A DNA stretch of 64,000 nt from positions 558,001 to 622,000 of the forward strand of contig CM075994.1 of assembly GCA_038087875.1 (NCBI GenBank), in the 5' to 3' direction. Every line of letters starts with the position of its first letter. The first letter of the stretch is position 1. Origin of the DNA: Malacoraja senta. Lineage: Eukaryota. Shown here piece by piece: positions 1 to 15,129 of this stretch. Under the pieces are notes generated by a model. That model ran no database searches and was not told where the DNA came from. It worked only from the letters and a program-made list of their open reading frames with translations. The position numbers and the translations under genes are program-made.

Positions 1-1960
1 TTAGCCAGAAAAAGCAGCATACCAGAGGACCGGGAGAAATTCAGAGACAAGCAGAGGAGGACAAAGGGCTTAATTAGGAAAGGGAAAATGGATTATGAAA
101 GGAAACTGGCAGGGAACATAAAAACTGACTGCAAAAGTTTTTATAGATATGTGAAGAGAAAGAGATTAGTTAAAACAAATGTAGGTCCCTTGCAGTCAGA
201 AACAGGTGAATTGATCATGGGGAACAAGGATATGGCGGACCAATTGAATAACTACTTTGGTTCCGTCTTCACTAAGGAAGACATAAATAATCTGCCGGAA
301 ATACCAGGGGGCCGCGGGTCAAAGGAGATGGAGGAACTGAGTGAAATCCAGGTTAGTCGGGAAGTGGTGTTGGGTAAATTGAATGGATTAAAGGCCGATA
401 AATCACCAGGGCCAGATAGGCTGCATCCCAGAGTACTTATGGAAGTAGCTCCAGAAATAGTGGATGCATTAATGATAATTTTTCAAAACTCTTTAGATTC
501 TGGAGTAGTTCCTGAGGATTGGAGGGTAGCAAACGTAACCCCACTTTTTAAGAAGGGAGGGAGAGAGCAAAAGGGGAATTACAGACCAGTTAGTCTAACA
601 TCGGTAGTGGGGAAACTGCTAGAGTCAGTTATTAAAGATGGGATAGCAGCACATTTGGAAAGTGGTGAAATCATTGGACAAAGTCAGCATGGATTTACGA
701 AAGGTAAATCGTGTCTGACGAATCTTATAGAATTTTTCGAGGATGTAACTAGTAGAGTGGATAGGGGAGAACCAGTGGATGTGTTGTATCTGGACTTTCA
801 GAAGGCTTTCGACAAGGTACCACATAAGAGATTAGGATACAAACTTAAATCACACGGTATTGGGGGTTCAGTAATGATGTGGATAGAGAACTGGCTGGCA
901 AACAGGAAGCAAAGAGTAGGAGTAAACGGGTCCTTTTCACAATGGCAGGCAGTGACTAGTGGGGTACCGCAAGGCTCAGTGCTGGGACCCCAGCTATTTA
1001 CAATTTATATTAATGATCTGGACGAGGGAATTGAAAGCAACATCTCCAAGTTTGCGGATGACACTAAGCTGGGGGGCAGTGTTAGCTGTGAGGAGGATGC
1101 TGGGAGACTGCAAGGTGACTTGGATAGGCTGGCTGAGTGGGCAAATGTTTGGCAGATGCAGTATAATGTGGATAAATGTGAGGTTATCCATTTTGGTGGC
1201 AAAAACGGGAAGGCAGACTATTATCTAAATGGTGGCCGATTAGGAAATGGGGAGATGCAGCGAGACCTGGGTGTCATGGTACACCAGTCATTGAAAGTAG
1301 GCATGCAGGTGCAGCAGGCAGTGACGAAAGCGAATGGTATGTTGGCCTTCATAGCAAGAGGATTTGAGTATAGGAGCAGGGAGGTTCTACTGCAGTTGTA
1401 CAGGAACTTGGTGAGACCACACCTGGAGTATTGCGTACAGTTTTGGTCTCCAAATCTGAGGAAGGACATTATAGCCACAGAGGGAGTGCAGAGAAGGTTC
1501 ACCAGACTGATTCCTGGGATGTCAGGACTTTCATATGAAGAAAGACTGGATAGACTTGGCTTATACTCGCTAGAATTTAGGAGATTGAGAGGGGATCTTA
1601 TAGAAACATACAAAATTCTTATGGGGTTGGACAGGCTAGATGCAGGAAGATTGTTCCCGATGTTGGGGAAGTCCAGGACAAGGGGTCACAGCTTAAGGAT
1701 AAGATGAGGAAAAACTTTTTCACACAGAGAGTGGTGAATCTCTGGAACTCTCTGCCACAGAGGGTAGTTGAGGCCAGTTCATTGGCTATATTTAAGAGGG
1801 AGTTAGATGTGGCCCTTGTGGCTAAAGGGATCAGGGGGTATGGAGAGAAGGCAGGTACGGGATACTGAGTTGGATGATCAGCCATGATCATATTGAATGG
1901 CGGTGCAGGCTCGAAGGGCCGAATGGCCTACTCCTGCACCTATTTTCTATGTATCTATGT
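1..1960 (+). mobile_element. CR1-clade LINE (HER1-like), 3' part: ORF2 reverse transcriptase plus 3' UTR
   Basis: Frame is open from base 1 to 1707. RT motifs: KSPGPD, NYRPVSLTSVVGK, YLDFQKAFDKVPH, GVPQGSVLGP, KFADDTKLG, and the CR1 C-terminal RPHLEYCVQFW and RTRGHSL. A small deletion near 1704 truncates the ORF. The 3' end is GGCTCGAAGGGCCGAATGGCCTACTCCTGCACC with a CTATGT tail. Confidence 0.95.
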
Positions 1961-2164
1961 ACCCGTAGTCAGGATCGAACCCGGGTCTCTGGCGCTGCAA
2001 GCGCTGTAAGGCTGCAACTCTACCTCTGCCTTACAGACTACCCATGTCTAAAACCGCAAGACACAAAGCCTGCTACTGTCTTGTAGAACAAAGCTCTTGG
2101 TACCTCTAAATCAGCTGTCAAACAGTGTGAATTTACATGAGATTTTTTTAACATTGAGCCTCAA

Positions 2165-2425
2165 GGAGAAGAGCGCCAGAGACCCGGGTTTGATCCTGAC
2201 CTCGGGTGCTGTTTATGTGTGTGAGGTTTGCACGTTCTCTTTGTGACCACGTGAGTTTTCTCTGAGTGCTCCGGTTCCTTCCCACATCCCAAAGACGTGC
2301 GGGTTTGCAGGTCAATTGCCTCTAAGTGTGTAGGAGGAGTAGATGAGAAGGTAGGATAGTGTGAACAGGTAATCGATGGTCGGCGTGTATTCAACGGGCC
2401 TGTTTCCATGCTGTATCTTTCATTC
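2165..2425 (+). mobile_element. tRNA-derived V-SINE (HE1-like) copy
   Basis: B-box-like GGGTTTGATCC followed by the V-domain GTTTGCACGTTCTC...GCTCCGGTTCCTTCCCACATCCCAAAGACGTG. Dozens of related copies lie across the window. Confidence 0.75.
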
Positions 2426-2867
2426 AAAAGTACAATATGTCCTTGAGCACTTGAAACACTGGGGTGTAGCAGAGTTCGGGCTGGGTGCTGGGAAATAGGG
2501 TCATGCATGCAAAGTGGGCCATAGGACCTGTTTCTATGCTGCAGAAAACTTATCTTCAACTACAAGAATCAAGTCTTGTGGAACAAAGTCCTTGTTATAG
2601 CAAAACCAGTTTGGTTTAGTTTGGAGATACAGCGTAGAAACAGGTCCTTCGGCCCATGGTGTCCGCGCCGACCAGCGCACTAAGACTATCCTACACACAC
2701 TAGGGCAAGGGTTCCCAACCTGGGGTAAATTTATCCCCGGGGGTAAATTTCGCATACCCAGGGTGAATTTGTTGATTCTGGATTGATGTGTTCTCATTGA
2801 CTGACTGTGTTTATGTGTGTGAGGTTATTATCTGCCCATCATTAGTTGTTCATAAATAAGTGAAATA

Positions 2868-3290
2868 TAATCATGGCTGATCATCCAGAATCTGTACCTG
2901 GTTCCTTCTTTCTCCCCATATCCCTTAATCTGTTAACCCTACGGCTAAATCAAACTCTCTCTTGAATACATCCAGTGAATTGACCTTCTGTGGCAGAGAA
3001 TTCCACAGATTTACAACTCTCTGGGTAAAAAAGTTTTTCCTCAACTCAGTGCTAAATGGCCTACCCCTTATTCTTAGACTGTGACCCCTGGTTCTGGATT
3101 CCCCAACATCAGGAACATTTCTCCTGCATCTAGCCTGTCCAATCCGTTAATAATTTTAAATGTTTCTCTGAGATTCCCTCTCATCCTTCTGAATTCCGGT
3201 GAATGTAAGCCCAGTTGATCCATTCGTTCATCATATGTCAGTCCCACCATCCCAGGAATTAACTTGGTGAACCAACGCTGCACTCCGTCA
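2868..3290 (-). mobile_element. CR1 LINE 3' fragment
   Basis: Minus-strand translation QRWFTKLIPGMVGLTYDERM...LDRLDAG matches the CR1 ORF2 C-terminus at 1480-1700. Confidence 0.85.
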
Positions 3291-4374
3291 GGAGCGTACT
3301 GAGGGACTTTTGACCTTTTGTCTCTTTTGACCCTCAGGCTCTTGAATAACCCTGCAGGTTTTCAAGATTGAACCCAAGAACTCCAGCGCTCTAAGGCAGC
3401 AACTCTACCGCTGTGCCACTGTGGTGTTTGATGGCCTGCATGGACTTGATGGGTTGAAGAGCCTGTTCCAATTCTGTTTGGACATCTTAGGGAGATTCTT
3501 CCATGGTTTTTGTTTTTGTGTGTATGTTTCATTCTGAATAAAGTTTATTTTTGGAAGACCAAACACTGGCTAACATTGGTCGAATGATTGAACTGGGAAG
3601 TGGTTATTACAAGATGTACCGTGTAAACCTGCGACCACTTCACTTGAAACACACATCATGTACAGCCCATTGTTCTGCTTATCAGTCTGCGGCTTCCTTT
3701 TCTGCAGAGCTGGACTAACAGCAGTATCCTTTGCTCGGTGGTTTAATAATCAGGAAGTCATATTTCAAAGAAATAGAGCGTCCTGCAGACAACTCTCGAC
3801 TGTCTGGATTTGCAAGTGAACAAACTTGTGCAAGAATCAATAGTTAAGTCAAGAGTGTTTTATTGTCATATGTCCCAGATAGAACAATGAAATTCTTACT
3901 TGCAACAGCACGACAGGGTTCATATGTAAACAGAGTGTAGGATGGAACTGCAGATGCTGGTTTAAACCGAACATAGACACAAAAAGCTGGAATAACTCAG
4001 CGGGACAGGCAGCACCTGTGGAGGGAAGGAATGGGTGACGTTTTGGGTTGAGACCATTCTTCAGACTGTAAACATTGCACACTGTATACAATATAATGAA
4101 CGGGAAAAAAAATTCAGTGTGTGCACTTGAACTCAGTTTAGTTTATTGTCACGTGTACCGAGGTGCAGTGAAAAGCTGTTGTTGCGTGCTAACCAGTCAG
4201 CAGAAAGACAATACATGATTACAATCGATCCATTTACAGTGTATAGGTACATGGTAAGAGAATAACATTTAGTGCAAGGTAAAGCCAGCAAAGTCCGATC
4301 AAGGATAGTCTGAGCATCAGCAAAGCAGTAGATTGTGGTTCAGCACTGCTCTCTGGTTCTGCAACCTGCAGAAG

Positions 4375-5235
4375 TTTTGGGATGACTGCAATTGTGGGCT
4401 GCATCAGTGAGGCGAGGGTAGCTGAATACAGAGGTGTAGTCGATGACTTTGTTGAGTGGTGTGGGCTGAATCACCTGCAGCTCAACACCGGCAAGAATGA
4501 GGAGTTAGTGGTGGACTTTAGGAGAAAAGGAACACCCCTGTCCCCTGTCTCCATCAATGGTGTGGATGTGCAGTTTACCAGGGAGTACAAATATCTTGGA
4601 GTTTAACTGTACAGTAAACGGGACTGGTCCAGGAACGTTGAGGCCTTGTACAAGAAGGGACAGAGCTGGCTGTACTTTATGAGAAGGCTTTTCTCCTTCA
4701 ACGTCTGTACTAAGATGCTGCAGATGTTCTACCAATCGGTGGTAGACAGTGCCATGTTCTTCACTGCCGTGTGCTGGGGCAGCAGGGCGAAGGCCGCGGA
4801 CGCCAACAGAATCAACAAGCTCAACAGGAAGGCTGGCTCCGTCCTGGGGGCGGAGTTGGATTCATGGGAGGTGGTCTTGGAGGGGAGGATGCTCCTCAAA
4901 CTGCGGAGCATCTTGGAAAATAACAGCTCACCCCCTCCATCACACACTGGTCAACCTGAGGAGCACCTTCAGCAACAGACTGGTTCCACCAAGATGCAGC
5001 ACAGAACGCCACAGGAGATCCTTCTTCCCTGTGGCTATCAAACTGTACAACTCCTCCCCCTTCTGTCGTGGGGTAGACTGACTCCCCTTCCGTCCCCCCA
5101 ATCTTTGCACATCCCAAATCCTGGACTTACCGCTCGTTATTTTAATTTCATGTTTCATTTATCTTGTGTTTTTTTTTACTGTTGGCAGATCAATTTCCTA
5201 CCTGGGTTAAACAAAGTTCTATCGTATCGTATCGT
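4375..5235 (+). mobile_element. Rex1/Babar-like non-LTR retrotransposon, 5'-truncated and degenerate
   Basis: ORF pieces WCGLNHLQLNTGKNEELVVDFRR...YKYLGV, KKGQSWLYFMRRL and RSFFPVAIKLYN. It ends in AAAGTTC followed by an (TATCG)n tail. Confidence 0.75.
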
Positions 5236-6329
5236 GGTTGTGGTAGGATGGTTCAGTTGCCTGATAACAGCTGGGAAGCAACTGTCCCTGAATCTGGAGG
5301 TGTGCGTTTTCACACTTCTGTACCTTTTTCCCAATGGGAGAGGGGAGAAGAGGGAGTGGCCGAGGTGCGACCCATCCTTGATTATGCTGCTGGCCTTGTG
5401 AAGGCAGCGTGAGGTGTAGATGGAGTCAATGGAAGGGAGGTTGTTTTGTGTAATGGTCTGGGCTGCATCCACGATTTGCTGCAATTTCTTACAGTCTTGG
5501 ATGGAGCTGCGACCTGTCCTGCTGAGTTACTCCAACTTTTTGTGTCAATCTTTAGTTTAAACTAGCATCTGCAGTTCCTTCCTACACATTTCCTCTGCTA
5601 TTTGAGTCTGGCACTATTTTTGGTATGAAGGTAAACTTATCACTCTCCAACATCACAACTTACTTTGTTATCCCACACATTCATTTAAACAGTTTATTTA
5701 TGATGAAGTACATTTATTGACTCTGCAAGGAGAAAACGGGAAAGAAATTTACTTTAGAGATACAGCGCGGAAACACCCTTGGACCCACTGAGTCCACTCC
5801 GACCAACGATCATCCCCATACACTAACACTAACCTACAAACTAGGGACAAATTCCAATTTTACCGAAGCCAATAAACCTACAAACCTGCACATCTTTTGA
5901 GTGTGGGAGTAACCTGGAGCACCCAGAGAAAACCCACGTGGTCACAGGGAGCACGTGCAAACTCCATACAGATAGCACCTGTGGGCAGGATTAAACCCAG
6001 GACTCTGACGCGTAAGGCAGCAGCACTACCGCAGCGCCACCATGCCGCCCCAAAATTGATAGGACCAAATTTAATAAAAAATGAAATATATAAGGTATGC
6101 ACATAAGAAGAGTCACTTGCTTTAGATTTTAGACTTTAGAGAAACAATGTGGAAACAAGCCTTCCGTGCCGACCCGCGCTCACCCTGTTGCTGTTGAAGA
6201 AGTGCAATTGTAAATGTAACATGGGTTCCTTTTTGATTATGGGAACAAACAGAAGTGCCTCAAGGAATTACAGATGTGCGTGCAAGAATGAATCATCATT
6301 ACAGATCAAGTCAAGAGTCAAGTCAAGAG

Positions 6330-7085
6330 AGTTTATTGTCATATGTCCCAGATAGGACAATGAAATTCTTGCTTAGCATCAGCACAACGGAATATAGTAG
6401 GCACGAATATAGAACATATCATATCAGCGAGTCCATATACCATTATATAAATATATAGACACATCAATAAATAAGCAGATAAAGTGCAAATAAACAGATA
6501 ATGGTCTATTAGTGTTCAGAGATTTGTTTCAGTTGAGTTTAATAGCCTGATGGCTGTGGGGAAGCAGTTATTTCTGAACCTGGACGTTGCAGTCTTCAGG
6601 CTCCTGTACCTTCTACCTGAAGGTAGCGGGGAGATGAGTGTGTGGCCAGGATGGTGTGGGTCCTTGATGATGCTGCCAGCCTTTTTGAGGCAGCGACTGC
6701 AGTAGATCCCCTCGATGGTAGGGTGGTCAGAGCCGATGATGGACTGGGCAGTGTTTACTACTTTTTGTAGTCTTTTCCGCTCCTGGATGCTCAAGTTGCC
6801 GAACCAAGCCACGATGCAACTGGTCAGCATGCTCTCTACTGTACACCTGTAGAAGTTAGAGAGAGTCCTCCTTGACATACCGACTCTCCATAATCTTCTC
6901 AGGAAGTAGAGGCGCTGATGCGCTTTCTTAATAATTGCATCAGTGTTCTCGGACCTGGAGAGATATTCAGAAATATGCACGCCCAGGAATTTGAAGCTCT
7001 TGACCCTCTCCACCATTGACCCGTTGATATAAGCGGGACTGTGGGTCCCCATCCTACCCCTTCCAAAGTCCACAAAGTCGTGAGA
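6330..7085 (-). mobile_element. Rex1/Babar-like LINE 3' fragment
   Basis: ORF 6516-7154(-) contains INGSMVERVKSFKFLGVHI...KKAHQRLYFLRRL...SRFRNNCFPTAIRLLN. A (CTTGA)n-type tail lies near 6310-6330. Confidence 0.75.
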
Positions 7086-10000
7086 AGGAGAGAGATCCAG
7101 TGGGGCATGTGTAGGAAGTAACTGCAGATGCAGGTTTACACCAAAGATCGACACAAAATGCTGGAGTAACTCAGCGGAACAGGCAGCATGTCTGGAGAGC
7201 AGGAATGGGTGACGTTTCGGGTCGAGACCCTTCTACAGATTGAGAGCCAGGGGAAAGGGAGATGCAGAGATAAGGAAGTGCAAAGTGTGAAACACGACAT
7301 TAAAGGGGATGGAGATTACGGATAATGTGGAATAGTTCACTATTAGCTCGGAGAAGGTGACAACAAAGCATACAGAGATAAAATTTAACCAGGGGGATAG
7401 TCAGACTGGTCGGAGAACGAGGAAGGGGGAGGGGGGATGGAGTGGGGCATAGCGTTTAACTGGAGGACATGGATAGGCGATGTTTCAGATCAAGACACAT
7501 CTGAGGACAGGTCCCACACTGAAACCTCGCCTGTCCCTGACCTTCAGAGATGCTGCCTGAGCCGCTGAGTTATTCCAGCACTTCAGTGTGTTTTTTCAAA
7601 AATCAGCATCTGCAGTTCCTTGTGTTTCTACATAGTCCTTTACTGGAGGACATGGAGAAGTGACTTTTCAGGTCAAGACCCATCTGAGGAAAGGTCCCAC
7701 ACTGAAACATCGCCTATCCCTGTCCTCCAGAGATGCTGCCTGACCTGCTGGGTAACTCCAGCAATTAGTTTAAAAAAAAATAATATCAGCATCTACAGTT
7801 GTTTGTGTTTCCACGTAGTCCTTCATTGGTTCAGTGGTTTTCATAAGTGGCAGGTTCTTTGTGTGTTCTTGATAGAAGAGGGTTAGTCGATGGAAACATT
7901 GAGTGCAGATTCAATGATATATTGGACCAATACTCTGCAGGTGAGGTTACGCTTTCTATACGGCTGCAGTACATTCAGTTTCTGGCTTCACACCATGACC
8001 TTTAGATGAAGTGATAAGCTGTCTGTCTATTAACGCTTCCAAAGCTGAGAAACCGAGACCTCGATCTCCGCCTGTAAAGCTGTACGTGACCATCAAAGAC
8101 TCACAAGTGTGGTAATTGGTGATTAACTTTGCCCTCTGCTTTGCTTTGTACTGTAAGTGAAACATCAGTTGGTTAACTTCTGAATAAACCCACTCACAGG
8201 TTGTTTCTTAGTACAGGACAATCGACCCTTGTCTTGACCCGAAACATCACCGATTCCTTCTCTCCAGAGGTGCTGCCTGTCCTGCTGAGTTACTCCAGCA
8301 TTTTGTGTCTGTCTTCGGTGTAAAACAGCATCAGTAATTCCTTCCTACACTCTCTCTCTGTTCCTCTACTACCATAGTCGTTGTCAACATCGTCTTGTTG
8401 AGTCTCATTGTCTGCAACTCATTTTCACCTAGCCCACAGCTAACAATGGCCTGTTTCCTTTATCATCATTACTTCTTTGCACATCATTCATTCATTTGTC
8501 CTATGTCTCTCTAATTCACCGCCGATATCTCTCGTTTCCCTTTCCCGTGACTCTTAGTCTGAAGAAGGGTCAAGACCCGAAACTTCACCTATCCCCTTTC
8601 TCCAGAGATGCTGCCTGACCAGCTGAGTTACTGCAGCTTTTTGTGTCTATCTTTGCTGGATGAACTTAGCAGTTTAGTCAAGGTCGGGTAAGAAGCAAGT
8701 CAAGTGTTTTGGGTTGAGATCATGCATCGGTACTTGGAGTGAGGAGGAAGGGTTGCCAGTGTGTAGTGGTTCGTAGGGGGAGCCGGATATAGAGGACTGT
8801 CTGTTCCACCATCCATCCACCAGCCTTTATCCTACCACCCTACATAGAGCCATGCCGTACATATTGCCACTGGCCATGTTCCCTCTAGTCCTAAGATAGA
8901 CACAAAATGCTGGAGTAACTCAGCGGGTCAGGCAGCATCTCTGGAGAATAGGAAGAAGTGATGGTGCAGTTCCTTCCTACACAGTTCCTTCATTCCTTTT
9001 CTCCAGTGATGCTGCCTGTCCCGTTGTGTTACTCTGGCATTTTCTGTCTATCTTCGGTGTAAACACGCATCTGCAGTCCCTCCCTACCAATTTTTAGATC
9101 AGTTTTGTTTAGTTTTGTTTGGAGATACAGTGTGGAAACAGGTCCTCCGGCCCACCGTGTCCGCGCCGACATGCGATACCCGCCCTTTGACACTATCCTA
9201 CACACACTAGGGACAATTTTTACATTTACCAAATGTAAATTTACCTAAAAACGTGTACATCTTTGGAGTTTGAAGATATCGGAGAAAATCCACGCGGTGA
9301 CGGGGAGAACATACAACCTCAATACAGATACCACCCGTGGTCGGGATCGAACCCGGGTCTCTGGTGCTGCAAGCGCTGCAAGGCAGCAACTCTATCGCTG
9401 CACCACCATACCACCCAAATATTAGGATAGGGAGGGTTTAAGAGGGTCTGTGGACCAAATGCAGGCAAACAGGACTAGCACAGGATGCCAAGTTGGCCGG
9501 CATGGACAAGGTGGGCTGAAGGGTCTGTTTCCATGCTGTACAGCTCGATGACCCCATTAAGACTTTTGACCCAGTCTCGACCCAGCCAGACATGCAACAC
9601 TTACTCTGTGATATTCACAGGTACAAGTCTAGTGTCGTTGTGTGAAACTACATGGGCCGTTTAACACTTAAAATATCGAGCTAGCTGGGGCCGTGTTGGA
9701 ACATGGTGTGAATCCACATCCGGCTATTTGTGCGGTAGTTAAGGCTCTGCGACTTTTGATTTTCCATGTGCCTGCAGATGCCTCTTTCATGCTTGGGTAA
9801 CACATACCCCTCAATGCAGACACAAAGTGTTACAGACTTTAGAGACAAAGCACGGCAACATGCCCCTTGGCCTGTGTGTACGGAGTTTGTATGTTCTTCC
9901 TGTAACCACGTGGGTTTTTTCTCCACAGATGCTGTCTGAACCGCTAAGTTACTCAAGCTTTTTGTGTCTATCCTCTCTTCACAAGCTAAGCTTGGCTTAG

Positions 10001-10714
10001 TTTAGTTTAGAGATACAGCGCGGAAAGAGGCACTTCGGCCCTCTGAGTCCGCATCGAACAGTAATCACCCTGTACACCAACGCTGCCTTACACACGGGGG
10101 ACAATTTACAATGTTAACAAAGCCAATTAACCTACACACCTGCGTGGTTTTGGAGTGTGGGAGGAAACCGGAGCACCCGGAGAAAACCCACATGGTCACA
10201 GGGAGAAGGGACAAACTCCGTACAGACAGCACCCATAGTCAGGATCGAACCCGGGTCTCTGACGCTGTGAGGCAACAAATCTACTGCTGCACCACTGTGC
10301 TGCACTAAATCTGGAACCAATACTGAAGAGCTGGAGACACAAGGGACGGCAGATGCTGGAATCTTGAGCAAAACACATGTACTGGAGGAACATCGTGGGT
10401 CAGGCAGCATCTGGGGTGGGAATGGGAAAAGGAAAGAAGGGTCCCTCTACAAAATGTCATTCATCCACTACCTCCATAGATGCTGCCTGACTTGCTGAGC
10501 TCCCCCAGCATTTTGCTTTGATCTACAAGTCCTCCGAGTTCACACTGCACCCTGCCCAAATTTCGAGTCCCATTGCTCGCATTGCATCTCACGCCTATCC
10601 CATATGCAAGCAATACTTGACATGGTACCTCCACTGCAGCTTGCATTGCAACCCAATACTCTATTTTTAACCAAAATAAACTTTATTCAATGTAGAAAAT
10701 ATATACAAAAGAGA

Positions 10715-11450
10715 CCGTTCCCTCCGCAACTCCCTTTTTAACTCATCCCTTCCCACCCAAACTATCTTTTCCCCAGATACCTTCCCCTGCAACCGCAAGA
10801 GATGCAAAACCTGTCCATATACCTCCCCCCTCGACTCAGTCCAGGGAACCCGACAGTCCTTTCAGGTCAGGCAGAGGTTCACTTGCACCTCCTCCATCCA
10901 AATCTGCTGTATCCGTTGTTCAAGATATGGACTCTTATACATCGGCGAGACCAAACACAGACTGGGAGATCATATCACTGAACATCGTTGCTCAGACCGT
11001 CTGGACCTACCTGATCTCCCGGTTTCTAAACACTTTAATACCCCTTCCCATTCCCACTCAGACCTTTCAGTCCTCGGTCTCCTCCATTGTCAGAGTGAGG
11101 CTAAACACAAATTGGGGGAACAGCATCGCATATTTCGCTTGGCAGCTTACAGCCCAGTGGTATGAATATTGATCACTTCAGGTAGCCCCGGCGTGCCTCC
11201 CCCACCCAAGTCGCACCAGCTTCTCATTTTCAACAAACAGCTAACAATGGCCTGTTTCCTTTATCATCGTTACTTTTCTGCATATCTTTTATTCATTGTT
11301 CTTTACCTCTCTACATCATCGTCTATATCTCTTGTTTCCCTTATCCCTAACCAGACTGAAGAAGGGTCTCGACCTGAAACGTCACCCATTCATTCTCTCC
11401 AGAGATTATGCCTGTCCCGCTGAGTTACTGCAGCTTTTCGTGTCTATCTA
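10715..11450 (+). mobile_element. Penelope-like element 3' fragment (GIY-YIG endonuclease region plus terminal repeat)
   Basis: CTCTTATACATCGGCGAGACCAAACACAGACTGGGAGAT encodes LLYIGETKHRLGD, a YIG motif of PLE endonucleases. KLGEQHRIFRL follows, then the abundant terminal repeat. Similar fragments occur at 12590-13205, 22510-23130 and 59850-60240. Confidence 0.7.
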
Positions 11451-11989
11451 AACAAAACCGGTACAGTCCAAATACATACATATCTGGTCAAACCCATATC
11501 CCATCTGCTGTTCTTACCATTCCCTCACCCGCCTTCTCTGCTGCTGCAAATTAACTTGTGTCCTCACTTTTCTGATGACGTGATTTGGTCCTGAAGTGAC
11601 CACGTTGTGTTAAACGAAACTTTAAAACATACCATAAAGTTCGGGCAAAGTTCGGGCAAGACAATCGAGACTTTATTTAAGAGCGGCGAATGCAACGACT
11701 GCTGGGAACAAGCAGATTGTTTCCCGAACAAACATTCATCTGCTCCTTATGTACAACATTTTGCTTTGAGGTGTTGTTTACTGTAACAGGCACTTAGGCA
11801 TTGTTTCCTTCTTCAGAATGGTCTAAGAACAATTATAAATCATGCACCTCAGAAAGACACAGATTAATAAACACAGTCCAATCCCACCCCATGGTACATA
11901 AGCAAAGTCCTGCTACCCTTCAACCTCATTTTGATTATTTTACAATTGCCATTTGTCCTCTAACAACAGAGAACAGAAACTGACTAAAG

Positions 11990-12400
11990 TAGACATAGAA
12001 ACATAGAATAATAGAAAAATAGGTGCAGGAGTAGGCCATTCAGCCCTTCAAGCCAGCATCACCATTCAATATGATCATGGCGGATCATCTAAAATTAGGA
12101 CCCCGCTCCTGCTATTTCCCACCTATCCCTTGATTCCTTTAGCCCTAAGAGCTAAATCTAACTCTCTCTTGAAAACATCCAGTGAATTGGCCTCCACTGC
12201 CTTCTGTGGCAGAGAATTCCACAGATTCACAACTCTCTGGGTGAAACGTTTTTCCTCTACTCAGTCCTAAATGGCCTACCCCTTATTCTTAAACTGTGGC
12301 CCCTGGTTCTGGACTCCCTCAACATGGGGAATATTTTTCCTGCATCTAGCCTGCCTAATCCTTTAAGAATTTTATATGTTTCTATAATGTTCTATATGTT
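11990..12400 (-). mobile_element. CR1 LINE 3' end
   Basis: Reverse complement of the same CR1 3' UTR and tail seen at 1700-1960. Confidence 0.85.
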
Positions 12401-13209
12401 CCTAATACTGTAGTACATGCTAGGTCCACATCCACAGTTTCAACCTTCTTTAAAGCACAGAATTATTATGACACATGAAGAGGGCTTTGAGCATTTTTTT
12501 GGCATTCCACCTGTCCCTCTGCCTTGTTGTCTTCTTAAAGCTCTGCAGTTGCCTCAGAACTTGTGAAGAGAAGAAATGGGGTTTTAAGGTGAGGCAGAGG
12601 TTCACTTGCACCTCCTCCAACCTCATCTAATTATCCGCTATTCCAGGTGTGGACTACTAAACTGTATATTGGCGACACCAAGCGCTGGCAATCATTTTGC
12701 TGAACACCTCCACTCGGTCAGCCTAGACGTAAAGGATCACCGGGTTGCTAAACACGTTATTCCCCCTCCCATTCCCACACTGACCTTTCTGTCCTGGGCC
12801 TCCCCACTGTCAGAGTGAGGCCCAGCACAAATTGGAGGAACAGCGCCTCATATTTCGCTTATTCAGGTTACACCCCAGCGGTATTAATATTGACCTCTAA
12901 CTTCAATTAACCCTTGCTTTCCCTCTCTCTCCATCCCTCCCCCTTCCTAGTTCACCGACCAGTCTGACTGTCCTCGATTACATTTTATCTGTTTGCTTTG
13001 TGGACACCTTCTCCTAGATAACAATTCTACATTTTCCCTGATCCCCATCTGTTTTGAATGTCTCGTTTTCACACAATTTACCCTTCCATATCTCTGTGTC
13101 TCCCTCTCCCCTGACTTTCAGTCTGAAGAAGGGTAGTGACCCGAAACGTCACCCATTCCTTTTATCCAGAGATGCTGCCCGTCCCGCTGAGTTACTCCCG
13201 CATTTTGTG

Positions 13210-13755
13210 ACAGTAAACTGGTCCAGGAACGCCCTGTGCAAGAAGGGACAGAGCCGGCTGTAATTTTTTAGAAGGTTCTGCTCTTTCAAAGTCTGCAGTA
13301 AGATGCTGCAGATGTTCTACCAATCAGTGGTGGCCAGTGCCATCTTCTTTGCTGCCGTCTGAACAAACTCATCAGGAAGGCTGACTCCATCCTGGTAGCG
13401 GAGTTGGATTCATGGGAGGTGGTCTTCGAGGGGAGGATGCTCCACAAACTGCAGAGCATCCTGGACAATACAGTTGGTCAACCTGAGGAGCACCTTCAGC
13501 AACAGCCTGGTTCCACCAAGATGCAGCACAGAACGCCACAGGAGGTTTTTTTTCCCTGTGGCTATCAAACTGTACAAATCCTCCCCCTTCTGTCGTGGGG
13601 TAGACTGAGACGGACTCCCCTTCTCCCCCACCTCCACAATCCTTTCCACTCGTCACTTTAATTTCATGTTTCATGTACCTTGTGTTTTATGACATTTGGC
13701 AGATCAATTTCCCTCCTGGGATGAATAAAGTTCTATCGTATCATATCATATCGTA
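13210..13755 (+). mobile_element. Rex1/Babar-like LINE 3' fragment, same family as 4375-5235
   Basis: Near-identical to 4620-5235 with internal deletions, and the same AATAAAGTTCTATCGTATC end. Confidence 0.75.
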
Positions 13756-13860
13756 TTCCCCACAGACGCTTCCTGAGCTGATGGGTGCTTTCATAATCAT
13801 AATCATCATAATCATACCTTATTAGACAAGTATGTTTTGCAACATACGAGAAATTTTATT

Positions 13861-14060
13861 NNNNNNNNNNNNNNNNNNNNNNNNNNNNNNNNNNNNNNNN
13901 NNNNNNNNNNNNNNNNNNNNNNNNNNNNNNNNNNNNNNNNNNNNNNNNNNNNNNNNNNNNNNNNNNNNNNNNNNNNNNNNNNNNNNNNNNNNNNNNNNNN
14001 NNNNNNNNNNNNNNNNNNNNNNNNNNNNNNNNNNNNNNNNNNNNNNNNNNNNNNNNNNNN
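13861..14060. other. Assembly gap (200 N)
   Basis: Run of N. Confidence 1.
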
Positions 14061-14184
14061 AACGGGGTACTGATTGGGGATTTGTGGATGATCAGGCATG
14101 ATCACAGGTGAATGGCGGTGCTGGCTCGAAGGGCCGACTGGCCTCCTCCTGCACCTATTGTCTATTGTCTGTTGTCTATTGTCT

Positions 14185-15024
<840 letters not shown>

Positions 15025-15129
15025 ATCGTTCGCACACATCCACACCCAGAGACTGCACTCACCCCACACACAAACCCTCTCCCCATCACCCCTCCCATTC
15101 ACACTCAGTCCCCACCCCCCACCGTCCCT

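Noticed and set aside
88..1707. 539-aa RT ORF as a domesticated gene or novel RT system
   Set aside because: It is an ordinary young CR1 ORF2 with its own 3' UTR and tail, and many decayed relatives are present in the window.
3560..3845. Unique segment with acceptor-like TTTTCTGCAG
   Set aside because: Only short frames with no recognisable product.
7956..8165. Possible minus-strand exon (acceptor CTTACAG near 8151; YKAKQRAKLITNYHT...) and possible ATG|GTATGT donor near 11631
   Set aside because: The sequence is unique, but I see no recognisable protein similarity or consistent multi-exon model, so it cannot be supported without expression data.
13812..14105. ORFs containing X runs
   Set aside because: They are artefacts of the N gap.
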